In this document: piece by piece, positions 1 to 11,228 of the stretch
How positions within the stretch are numbered: the stretch's first letter is position 1
Layout of the letters: every line of letters starts with the position of its first letter
From: Blepharisma stoltei ATCC 30299
Taxonomy: Eukaryota; Protista; Ciliophora
Direction of reading: 5' to 3'
NCBI GenBank assembly: GCA_965603825.1
Contig: CBFDEM010000002.1
Coordinates: 1-64,000 of the forward strand
Length of the DNA stretch: 64,000 nucleotides
The notes under the pieces: generated by a model
Told to the model about the DNA's origin: nothing
The model's database searches: none
Seen by the model: only the letters and a program-made list of their open reading frames with translations
Position numbers and translations under genes: made by a program

Positions 1-1863
1 CACACCCTAACACCCAACACCCTAACACCCTAACCCCCTAACACCCCAACACCCACCACCCTACCCCCACCCCCAACACCCTAACCCCTAACCCCCAAAC
101 ACCCAACCCCCTAACACCCACCCCCAACCCCCTACCACCCTAACACCCAAACACCCTAACACCCTAACACCCTAACACCCTAACACCCTAACACCCAACA
201 CCCTAACACCCTAACACCCTAACACCCTAACACCCTAACACCCTAACACCCTAACACCCTCACACCCTAACACCCTAACACCCTAACACCCTAACACCCT
301 AACACCCTAACACCCTAACACCCTAACACCCTAACACCCTAACACCCTAACACCCTAACACCCTAACACCCTAACACCCTAACACCCTAACACCCTAACA
401 CCCTAACACCCTAACACCCTAACACCCTAACACCCTAACACCCTAACACCCTAACACCCTAACACCCTAACACCCTAACACCCTAACACCCTAACACCCT
501 AACACCCTAACACCCTAACACCCTAACACCCTAACACCCTAACACCCTAACACCCTAACACCCTAACACCCTAACACCCTAACACCCTAACACCCTAACA
601 CCCTAACACCCTAACACCCTAACACCCTAACACCCTAACACCCTAACACCCTAACACCCTAACACCCTAACACCCTAACACCCTAACACCCTAACACCCT
701 AACACCCTAACACCCTAACACCCTAACACCCTAACACCCTAACACCCTAACACCCTAACACCCTAACACCCTAACACCCTAACACCCTAACACCCTAACA
801 CCCTAACACCCTAACACCCTAACACCCTAACACCCTAACACCCTAACACCCTAACACCCTAACACCCTAACACCCTAACACCCTAACACCCTAACACCCT
901 AACACCCTAACACCCTAACACCCTAACACCCTAACACCCTAACACCCTAACACCCTAACACCCTAACACCCTAACACCCTAACACCCTAACACCCTAACA
1001 CCCTAACACCCTAACACCCTAACACCCTAACACCCTAACACCCTAACACCCTAACACCCTAACACCCTAACACCCTAACACCCTAACACCCTAACACCCT
1101 AACACCCTAACACCCTAACACCCTAACACCCTAACACCCTAACACCCTAACACCCTAACACCCTAACACCCTAACACCCTAACACCCTAACACCCTAACA
1201 CCCTAACACCCTAACACCCTAACACCCTAACACCCTAACACCCTAACACCCTAACACCCTAACACCCTAACACCCTAACACCCTAACACCCTAACACCCT
1301 AACACCCTAACACCCTAACACCCTAACACCCTAACACCCTAACACCCTAACACCCTAACACCCTAACACCCTAACACCCTAACACCCTAACACCCTAACA
1401 CCCTAACACCCTAACACCCTAACACCCTAACACCCTAACACCCTAACACCCTAACACCCTAACACCCTAACACCCTAACACCCTAACACCCTAACACCCT
1501 AACACCCTAACACCCTAACACCCTAACACCCTAACACCCTAACACCCTAACACCCTAACACCCTAACACCCTAACACCCTAACACCCTAACACCCTAACA
1601 CCCTAACACCCTAACACCCTAACACCCCTAACACCCTAACACCCTAACACCCTAACACCCCTAACACCCTAACACCCTAACACCCTAACACCCTAACACC
1701 CTAACACCCTAACACCCTAACACCCTAACACCCTAACACCCTAACACCCTAACACCCTAACACCCTAACACCCTAACACCCTAACACCCTAACACCCTAA
1801 CACCCCTAACACCCTAACACCCTAACACCCTAACACCCTAACACCCTAACACCCTAACACCCT
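1..1863 (+). repeat. Telomeric repeat (CCCTAACA)n, C-rich strand
   Basis: About 230 tandem 8-nt units. The first ~200 nt are degenerate. CCCTAACA is the Stentor/Blepharisma telomere unit. Confidence 0.98.
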
Positions 1864-2760
1864 TTTGGTAAAAACGTGAATAAAATAAAAAATGAGCCTC
1901 ATAAGCCAATAAGAAGTGAATACAAGTGAATACTCAAATGAGCTGAGGTATTTCGTTGATTGGTGCTTAAAAAAGGAGCGAGCAGAAAGGCCAACAATAG
2001 TTGATATCTTAACTCATGAGATTATAGTCAACAAAACTCTAAGTTTAAGCATTGCAATCCCACAAACATCTGCTATGAATGCAGCTATTTACCAAATTCA
2101 ACTTAATAAAGAAAGGAAAAGTAGTGAGATCCAAATTCAACTTAATGAAAAGGAGCTATCCAAATATAGAAAAGAGAACATAATCCTAAAAAATGAAATT
2201 GAGTCACTTAAAGAAGAAATAGATCGCTTTAACGGCATAATAAAGAATAATAACTTTAAATATCTATTTCAGTAATAGTGTTTATTGCTTTAGAGGAGAA
2301 AACTATAGCAATGTATGCTCAACTCTATTAGAGAGATTTGATTTAAATGAAACCCGATGAATTAAATTAAAGCCACTGCCAAAAGCCGATTTAACTACAG
2401 TAGTGTAATATTTAATGGGAAAATTATGATTTATGGATGCATAAATAAAAATCTTTTGAGGTGTTCAATTGGTAACAACGCTTTCGCAACAATTCCTTCT
2501 GATTTTTAAGAGGATAAACGAAATATTCTTTAAAGTGCAGAGAGACTTTGAGTGTTGTGAAAATGGATCAATCTATGAAAGTGAATTGTCAAATGACACT
2601 GATTGGAGACGAATTGGAGACTCAATTATAAATTGAGTTTTTTATAAAGTTTATTTATCATATAATAAAGGAAGAATAAATAACACTGGAATTGTGGTGA
2701 GGCTAGTATCTTTAAGTTTAGTTTAGAGGTAAAAATATTAGCTAAACTGGATGAAATAAT
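1861..2760 (+). pseudogene. 5'-truncated NEK-like kinase C-lobe + coiled coil + degenerate Kelch-like repeats
   Basis: PFGKNVNKIKNEPHKPIRSEY (frame from 1861) joins SNELRYFVDWCLKKERAERPTIVDILTH (kinase subdomains X-XI) across a 10-nt duplication. From 2271: SNSVYCFRGE..LERFDLNETRW(TGA)IKLKPLPKAD, then frameshifts and in-frame TAA stops. Confidence 0.7.
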
Positions 2761-4573
2761 TAGCTAATAAATAGGTCTCATTTAATAATTTTTTGCTATT
2801 AACTCTTAACTCTTTAAAATTCTTTTATTGTTCAATCTGTTCATATACCTATTCACTTATTTAATTTAGGCTTGGGAGGAAAATGCTATTTAAAAATCTG
2901 TTTATTTTAAATACGAAAACAGATTTTTAATAAAAGAAAAATTTAAAACTCCGTGAGTTAACAGATGAAATGTTTAAAAGACTTATAATTTAGCTTTATC
3001 CATATCATGAACATTTTAGAATTGTCAGCTGTCATTAAATGCTATATATGGTTGATTTTGGTGAGAGAACAAAAAAATATAAATCTCAGCTTGAAGTGAG
3101 AGGTTAGGCGATATTTCCATTGGTTATTAACCAGAATAGAGTGCCAGTTTTTTGAATTTTTTATTAGCAGTCCTAACGCCAATTTTTTGTAGAATAGTAC
3201 CTGCCTGCTTTGTTTGGTGGGCTTTGCCACTACTGTAGTGTTTTTCCTTTGACTTCGATTTAGGGTAAAAGAGAAGGCAGGATTGACAGGATTCTCAAGG
3301 GCACATGCCTCTCCGATAGAAAATTTTACTGGCTCTGGGGGAGATCTAGCCATTCTAAGCAGAGTGGATGAATCTGGTAATTGACTTGGAAATTTATTTC
3401 TGAAAAATTCCTTATGACTTGGAGTCAGGAGGGAAAATGCATCATAGAGAACCCCAGCTTTGCTCCAGGTTCAAGATACCTTGAAGAAATTTACTCTAGC
3501 CAGCGTTGAGGAATGCAAGATTATAAAATTAGGAACTTTATAATCCAATTGGAAATCTATTCTAATATATCCTTTAGAATTAAGCAATAAAAAAGAAAAC
3601 CCAATTAATATTTACATTAAAATTTTATACTCAAGGATTTGCAAATATGAATCTCTATGAAACTCTGCAAAGTGAAATTTCAAATCCAGAGTGCATTACC
3701 TCTAGTGATGTAAATTCATATTATGTAGTACGATACAAGCAAAGGGAAGCTTGGTAAAATCTTCCAATTCATATTAAAATTCCATTAAAATACTTCTTTA
3801 ACTTCTCATATTATCATAGATTTCCCAATATTCAGCATCAAAGCAATAAAAAAATTTATCTTTTTGATGCTAACGCTGATAATTTTATTATTAATCAATT
3901 TAGCAAGCTAAAAGTACATAAAATATAAGAATTTTTCAATACTAGCATGAGGAGTAAAAAAACGAATTTCGCATATGTCTTCTGCATCTCCAGAATTTTG
4001 CAAAATACTTAAGATTTTAAATGAAAACTATAGATCACTTAAGAATTTCAAGCAGAGAAAAAATCAACTGCATTATCAGTTGGACTTATTTCTCTTGATG
4101 GTTATCGGAGAGGAATTGATATTTTAGATGCAAACTTGCTAGAAAGAACATTATCAAAAGTTCAAAAAAATGGGTCAAAGAAATATAACACTAATACTGA
4201 ATCCCATCAATATGAATCGGCCGAGTTTAGTGAAATAATTTCTGCACAGAAAAAAGTGATGAATTTCAAAAGGACTTAAGCATATATAATATAGACTCAG
4301 CCAAAGATTTCTCATTGGCAACTAATAAATTTCACACTGGCCAGCTAATAAAAATCTAGTTTACCTGCAAAACAATATAAATAGTAAGAGGATTTTATTT
4401 TTGTGAACAATTCTGTATTTGGCGCAAACATTCTTCATTGTATACGAGACAAAATATTATTTATCAAGAGCGCATGAAATCAGACTTGTGAAGCATTCTA
4501 TATTTTAAAATTCATCTTGAAAAACAATAAACTATTCTGGTGATATTATATAAAAGTAATTCTATTAATTCGT

Positions 4574-5470
4574 TTATTTTTTATTATTTCTAGATTCATT
4601 AGTTTGATTTAAATTATCGTTACTTTGTGGATCTATAGAAAATTTCGCTCTAAGAACAAATGCATATTTCTGAATGTCAAATTCACAGATATCTGAATTC
4701 TGGTCAAAAAATATAAAGTTATCCTGATATAAACAAACATTCGATACAGGCCATTTTAGGCTCCTAACCGTTCCAAAATAATTTCAGGTTTTCCAATCAT
4801 CGACTTCAGAAGAAAAACATAAGCGTTCACTTGTCACTATATAGCATTGCTTTTTATAAATAAAAAAGAATTTCCATTGCTCTTTGACAATTTCAAAAAG
4901 GCTTTCATAAGAATTTGTAACTGGGTCATATTTTCATATATTACCAAGATTGCGGCCTGAGAGAAGAATTTGATTTCTATAAACGATTGCTGATGTTTGG
5001 TAAGCTCGGCAAGGTAAGTCAGCAATGCTTTTTCATTTATTTTTTCTCAAGCTAAACTTATCACTATCAGCTAGGGATTTATTTGAGGATTTTCCTCCAA
5101 ATATATAAACAAAATTCTCAAAGTAAACTGGATTTGCAAAATATCGAGGTTTCCCAGAAGGCAAAACTTCAACTGACTGAGTTCTTATATCAATCAGAAG
5201 GCAAAGTCCAATAGGTTTGTCGTCTTTAGTGCATCCACCAAAGTAAAAGAGCTGAGATCCGTTTAACTCACATATAAGTCCTTTAGTTATAATATTAAAT
5301 GGCAAAGGATTTTGAATTTTTGCACAAATTTTATTATTTTCAATATTGCATACAAGGAATTCTTTTGAATCAGTTGAAATTGTGCAAACATATAAAGGAA
5401 TGTCAGAGATCGAGTTAAATGATGACTTCTTCTCTTCTAAAAAAGTTAATAGAATAGCATCTCCAGCCAT
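4574..5470 (-). CDS. Kelch-like beta-propeller protein, copy 1 (298 aa with UGA=Trp)
   Basis: Reverse-complement copy of 5549-6445. Confidence 0.8.
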
Positions 5471-5548
5471 TAAATTTTATGCCCTTTTTATATATCATTA
5501 ATGAGTAGGAGCATATTATACATTTCTAATATTCATTATAAATAATTA

Positions 5549-6445
5549 ATGGCTGGAGATGCTATTCTATTAACTTTTTTAGAAGAGAAGAAGTCATCAT
5601 TTAACTCGATCTCTGACATTCCTTTATATGTTTGCACAATTTCAACTGATTCAAAAGAATTCCTTGTATGCAATATTGAAAATAATAAAATTTGTGCAAA
5701 AATTCAAAATCCTTTGCCATTTAATATTATAACTAAAGGACTTATATGTGAGTTAAACGGATCTCAGCTCTTTTACTTTGGTGGATGCACTAAAGACGAC
5801 AAACCTATTGGACTTTGCCTTCTGATTGATATAAGAACTCAGTCAGTTGAAGTTTTGCCTTCTGGGAAACCTCGATATTTTGCAAATCCAGTTTACTTTG
5901 AGAATTTTGTTTATATATTTGGAGGAAAATCCTCAAATAAATCCCTAGCTGATAGTGATAAGTTTAGCTTGAGAAAAAATAAATGAAAAAGCATTGCTGA
6001 CTTACCTTGCCGAGCTTACCAAACATCAGCAATCGTTTATAGAAATCAAATTCTTCTCTCAGGCCGCAATCTTGGTAATATATGAAAATATGACCCAGTT
6101 ACAAATTCTTATGAAAGCCTTTTTGAAATTGTCAAAGAGCAATGGAAATTCTTTTTTATTTATAAAAAGCAATGCTATATAGTGACAAGTGAACGCTTAT
6201 GTTTTTCTTCTGAAGTCGATGATTGGAAAACCTGAAATTATTTTGGAACGGTTAGGAGCCTAAAATGGCCTGTATCGAATGTTTGTTTATATCAGGATAA
6301 CTTTATATTTTTTGACCAGAATTCAGATATCTGTGAATTTGACATTCAGAAATATGCATTTGTTCTTAGAGCGAAATTTTCTATAGATCCACAAAGTAAC
6401 GATAATTTAAATCAAACTAATGAATCTAGAAATAATAAAAAATAA
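5549..6445 (+). CDS. Kelch-like beta-propeller protein, copy 2 (298 aa with UGA=Trp)
   Basis: LFYFGG and YFENFVYIFGG..SDKFSLRKNKW(TGA)KSIADLP Kelch motifs. Open through three TGA to TAA at 6443-6445. Confidence 0.85.
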
Positions 6446-6593
6446 ACGAATTAATAGAATTACTTTTATATAATATCACCAGAATAGTTTATTGTTTTTC
6501 AAGATGAATTTTAAAATATAGAATGCTTCACAAGTCTGATTTCATGCGCTCTTGATAAATAATATTTTGTCTCGTATACAATGAAGAATGTTT

Positions 6594-7210
6594 AGAAGAA
6601 GAAAAATTGATTTCTAATGATATCTCTATTCTTGGAATGCTGAAACATGATTGAAAAACTTCTTTGTATATTCAAGGATTCATCTGAATTGGAAATAATG
6701 GGCTGATTGCTGGCCACAGAGGATCAGGCGGAGCTGGATTACTAATACACGAAGCATTTGCAAACCATTTAGATCCATTGAAACTAATAATCATAGAATA
6801 ATAGCAACATTAATTGAAGATTACTTAATAATAGTAGCTTATGCCCCATAGTAACAAATCACCAACGTAAGAAATCAATTGATGACTATATTAACTTTAT
6901 CATAGAAGTTCAAGAAATTATTCAAAAGAATCAAAAGGATAGACGTCAAATAGTACTATTGGGTGAATTTAATACACATCTAAAAGGATATTTATCTGAG
7001 ATCGATGATCTAGCAGCAGAAATATTTTCTAAATTTATTAAAGATTCTCATTTATATATTATCAATGATATGCACATATCTACTTTTAGAGGGCATAATG
7101 CACACACAATTATTGATTATATTCTCTCAAACTCAATATCAGAAATTATTTATAAAAAAGTCCCTCAATTAAATCTAACCATTTTTTACTTCTAATACGT
7201 ATTTCAATAA
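6594..7210 (+). mobile_element. Decayed non-LTR (LINE-type) retrotransposon fragment, APE-like endonuclease domain
   Basis: Motifs in order: DISILG.AETW(TGA)L (~6620-6653), GHRGSGGAGLLI, IIVAYAP* (to 6851), IVLLGEFN, TFRG..TIIDY, SNH (7174). These match ETW, GG, YxP, GDFN, IDY, SDH. Frameshifts and stops are present; no RT domain follows. Confidence 0.8.
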
Positions 7211-7469
7211 TTATATAGCTAGGAACTCAAAAAAAGCTATTCCATGATTTAAACTAGAAGGAGATGAATTTGAAGGCTTTAATAACAAATAACCCTTCTC
7301 AGATCTGTGCCAATATTAAAACTATTTTAGTATAATGATATAATAGAGCTTAATTTATTAGTTTTCTAATACTTTAGACTTTATTTTATAAAGAGATATT
7401 AAAAAAGTAAAACTTAGCATTGCTGATTTTCTTTAAACTACAGTAAAATTTTTAATATATCCTTTTGAA

Positions 7470-9197
7470 ATGGAAGAGAAAAGTAATAACGCATTTCCAA
7501 TAGTCGCTTCACTGTCAATTCCAGCAATTTCATCTGCTATGGATTTTGATCCACCTCAGCCTCTCTCCCCTGATATTTCCCTTTCAGTCCCAACTTTTGA
7601 AGAGCAGCCAGCACTCGAAAAAACAATTCCAGCTCCTCCTATAATTCGCAGACAGTCTCGAAATCTTACCGGCATAACAGACAGATCCAACCAGAAGCTC
7701 TCTCAGCTTCTAGCTCAGCTTGAAGCAAGCGTAATTTTAGCTTTCAATAAGCTCGTCAGAAGTAACTCCAACATCAAGCAAGATTTTGAGGCTGTAATTG
7801 ACGAAGGGAAAAACCTCATGCCCAGTTCTCCATCATCAGTTTTGCTGACCGAATATGGGCTTGACCTTTGCAATATCCTTGATAAAATAATTCAGGAAAG
7901 CTACAATTTAGACGATGTCTATCAATCTCTGCAAACGATAAAAGATTTGCAATTGGCCAATCAAAAGAAGTCGGAAGAAAATGCTAATAAGCTTGATATG
8001 ATTTGCTCAGCAAAAGAGCCTATTAGAAGAGGAAGCAAAAAGAAGAGGACGTTTTTAAATGTGATATACGCTGAGCCGACAACTCCGTCAGACCATCTCT
8101 ATGCGATTACTCACTTAATTGATGATATTAAGACAAATCAAGAAATCTTGGATGAGCTGGAAAAAAATAAAGAAAGAGCTCTGGAGAATCAAGATTTTCC
8201 TGAGGAACAAAGCAATAGTGTGAATTCAATGATAGAGGATATAGCTAAAGCATTAGAAGCAAGATTAGATAAAATAAATGATAGAGATCTCAAAGAAAGC
8301 CTAGAAAAAGCTATAAGAACTGTAAAGGAAAGTAGCCAGGAAAAGGAAGATATGCCGATTTTACGACTTTTGAAATCTATTACTTATTGGAAAGAAATTC
8401 ATCCTGTGCTCTTAGAATTTGGTGAAAAAGTATTAAACTATGCAACAGCTCAACAAAAAGATAATAGCCAAAATGTATTCACCAGCGAAGAAGCTAATGA
8501 GCTATTAATTTCACTAAAAACATTGGCAAATAGCTTATCTGTGGTGTCAAATGTTCCTACAGCAGTAAATGAAGGTGATTCAGATTTCAATAAGTGCAAA
8601 ACTCTCATAAAATCCTGCTATGCATCTCTGCAAATTCTTTTGAGCACTGACGAATTGCCAATTGACTCAGCAAGCACCCAAACTTATATTGAAGAGTCCA
8701 ATGATATGCCGACTGTTATTTCAAAAGCAACACTTTCTTTGATCTTAAAAGAGCTTTACTTTAATCAAGAGGATACACCTTCTCTTGACAGTTTTTGGCC
8801 TATTAATAGCTTAAATTCATGGGACAATGTCCTTCGGGAACTCAAAAAAGTGTCGGCTGAAATATGGAAAATGGAATGCCCAGTCATGTATAAAGAATCA
8901 AGTGAAACTGAAGATATTCAGACAGAAGAAGAAAATGATCTTAAAAGGGCGACTGAACTAATAGAGGAAAAGGAAACTACAATAAAATCCCAAAGCGAAA
9001 CTATTAATAAAGGTGAAGAAATTATCGAAAATATTACCAAAGAGCTTGATAGCCACAAAAAGAATGAAGCATTATTGGCTGAAGAAATTATCGAGCTCAA
9101 AGCGTCTATTTCTGAAAGAGATAAGAGAATACAGGAACTAGAGACCCTTCTTAATTTGAAAGAATCCCACGAAGAAGTAAAGCAAGAAAACGCATAA
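7470..9197 (+). CDS. Hypothetical coiled-coil protein (575 aa)
   Basis: Long uninterrupted ORF from ATG to TAA with an E/K-rich C-terminal coiled coil. Confidence 0.75.
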   Translation: MEEKSNNAFPIVASLSIPAISSAMDFDPPQPLSPDISLSVPTFEEQPALEKTIPAPPIIRRQSRNLTGITDRSNQKLSQLLAQLEASVILAFNKLVRSNSNIKQDFEAVIDEGKNLMPSSPSSVLLTEYGLDLCNILDKIIQESYNLDDVYQSLQTIKDLQLANQKKSEENANKLDMICSAKEPIRRGSKKKRTFLNVIYAEPTTPSDHLYAITHLIDDIKTNQEILDELEKNKERALENQDFPEEQSNSVNSMIEDIAKALEARLDKINDRDLKESLEKAIRTVKESSQEKEDMPILRLLKSITYWKEIHPVLLEFGEKVLNYATAQQKDNSQNVFTSEEANELLISLKTLANSLSVVSNVPTAVNEGDSDFNKCKTLIKSCYASLQILLSTDELPIDSASTQTYIEESNDMPTVISKATLSLILKELYFNQEDTPSLDSFWPINSLNSWDNVLRELKKVSAEIWKMECPVMYKESSETEDIQTEEENDLKRATELIEEKETTIKSQSETINKGEEIIENITKELDSHKKNEALLAEEIIELKASISERDKRIQELETLLNLKESHEEVKQENA

Positions 9198-9278
9198 TCT
9201 TAATATTTGCAATTAAGGATAACCTTGCTTCCTTAGGCTCACAGAGCTTTAAATTAATAATGAAACACATTTTTGAAA

Positions 9279-10457
9279 TTAAGTATCAGTATCACTGTCT
9301 GATCCTAATTTTAGATCGGTGAATCTTTCTAAGTCATCTACATTAGTAATTGTTTTTGAGTCAACTTTATTAGTGAAGTCCATCTCATTCTTACGTCTCT
9401 GTGCTGCATCTTTAAATCCAAATCAAGGCACTATTAAGACTTCATTATATAGCAAAGTCCCAAGCACTATCATGACAAATCCCACTATTTCTAGCAAAAA
9501 AGGCTCTTCAAATCCAAAAATAATGCTGAAAACTCATACAAAAGCCATTCTACTCAGAGTGATTGTGGTTCTTGCAATTGCAGTGGCATACTTCGTTGTA
9601 GAAATTCCGCTCCAGTTATATGCTGCAACACAAATTGTATAAAATAGTCAAAGCAGCATTAGATCCCAATTGCTCCCCAGTTGATGAAAAGCCTGTATTG
9701 GGTCTTCTGCATTATTTCTATCAGGACATAGATTTACATGTTCTTCCTTATGACAAGGAATGAAATATAGAATTGGCATCAAAATCAGTCAATACATCAA
9801 TCCAAAATGTCCTTCAATTCCTATCGCACGCAAAGGATCAATTTGGACCTTTCTCATGATCATTTCTTCGCTCACAAATAATGCGCCTGTAAAAAATTCG
9901 CCAACCACTAAAATTGCGACTCCATAAGCATGCTGAGGCTGCTCCTGATATAAATAACTCACAAGCCCTGTTAGGATGACTCCTAATGCAATACTTATGA
10001 TACCAGTCACTTCATGCCTATATAGTTTGCGATTAAGAAAAATTATTGAATATACAGCCACAATTGCAATTACACTACCTCTTGCCATTTGGTAGATAGA
10101 AGGAGTTGATAATAGGAGGCCTATAAAAAAACAGCAGGAAGCTAGTATATCAAATAGAGCAGGTATGAAAAAGATATAAGGACCGAACTTCTGGTATAGT
10201 CAGCCTTGCTTAGAAGTTGGTGTGTGAGCTGTCATAAGGTTTTCTTCAGCTATTCATTCATTTCCTCGATTTTTCCATAAAATGAGATAATAAATTGCTA
10301 GGCAGAGCATCTCACCAAAAAACATTGTGGCTGATTGGAAGAAAGGATGAGTAAATGACTGGTTGTCCATGGCTTTTGTAATCAGAGTGTTCGCTGTCCC
10401 TGAGATAAGCATGACTAGCATAAATAGATAGATTTGGATTTGATGGGATAAGTGCAT
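9279..10457 (-). CDS. SLC35F6-like DMT-superfamily transporter (392 aa)
   Basis: The ORF pieces join in one frame through TGA. Motifs GTANT, HPFFQSATMFFGEMLCL, IPALFD, SIYQMARG, IGIEG.FG, GTLLYNE; about 10 TM segments. Confidence 0.85.
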
Positions 10458-11228
10458 TACAAATCTAAAATAAAATTTAATTTACTGAATAAAATATTGA
10501 TAAGTTAAGATCATTTTACTAATGCCACAAAAGATATTAGAAACTTTTGCATCATAACTATTCAAATCATTTTTTAAAGAAATAAGCCTTTCAGAGCTCA
10601 TCCTTCTATGATTTAGGTTAATGTATGGGAACAGAATATGTTTCTTGTAAATAAACTTCTGTCGTATTTTACTTTTCACTAAAGATTCTTCGTACCTTTG
10701 CGAAAGATATTTTTCAATTAGCTGTTCTACTAAGTCAAAAAATGACGATCATGAGCTAAATTATGTGTTCTAGGCCTTTATTAACTTTCTAGCGCCACTA
10801 AATTACTGTCGAAAACGAAAGATTAGCAAAATAATTTCTAGACTCTTAAAGCAAGTCACAATCATCTAAATTGATTTATCATATTTTTATTATTTTAAAT
10901 ATAAATGAATCGTCATTATAATAAATCAAATAAAATTATTTTTAGTGGTTCTTTAATCATTTAAGTTATTTAATTAGCGAATAGTATTCGCATCTTATAG
11001 AGTTAATTATTTGCGATTTATGGATTCGTATTTATTTTAAATGCTGAAAATCATTCTTTAGCTTGCTCTCGATAGCCATTCAATTTTATATAAATTTTAA
11101 CAAAATCTGTTTCATATGAATTTAAATGCATCTTACCATCATTATTTATATAAAATTCATCATAAAAAATTGTTTAAAATTTTAAAGTTCATAATTGCCA
11201 ACCCATATAAATAAGTAAAAAGAAATAA

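Larger units (their letters stand above)
4426..6593. repeat. Large inverted repeat: arms 4426-5473 and 5546-6593 (1048 bp each), 72-bp spacer
   Basis: The arms are reverse complements (paired coordinates sum to 11019). The ORF track gives identical peptides on both strands, and spot checks found no mismatch. Confidence 0.95.

Noticed and set aside
1-1863. Repeat array as CRISPR or satellite
   Set aside because: No spacers; it is a terminal 8-nt unit matching the heterotrich telomere.
3042-3611. Minus-strand open frame extending the 103-aa ORF upstream
   Set aside because: No recognisable domain, upstream stops, and only a defective GT..GG 15-mer as a possible intron. It may be a pseudogene but I cannot support a call.
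4837-6182. 62-aa ORFs at 4837-5025 and 5994-6182
   Set aside because: Out-of-frame shadows inside the Kelch genes once TGA is read as Trp.
10482-10760. 65-aa minus-strand ORF upstream of the SLC35F6-like gene
   Set aside because: No ATG, a stop shortly upstream, and no homology recognised.
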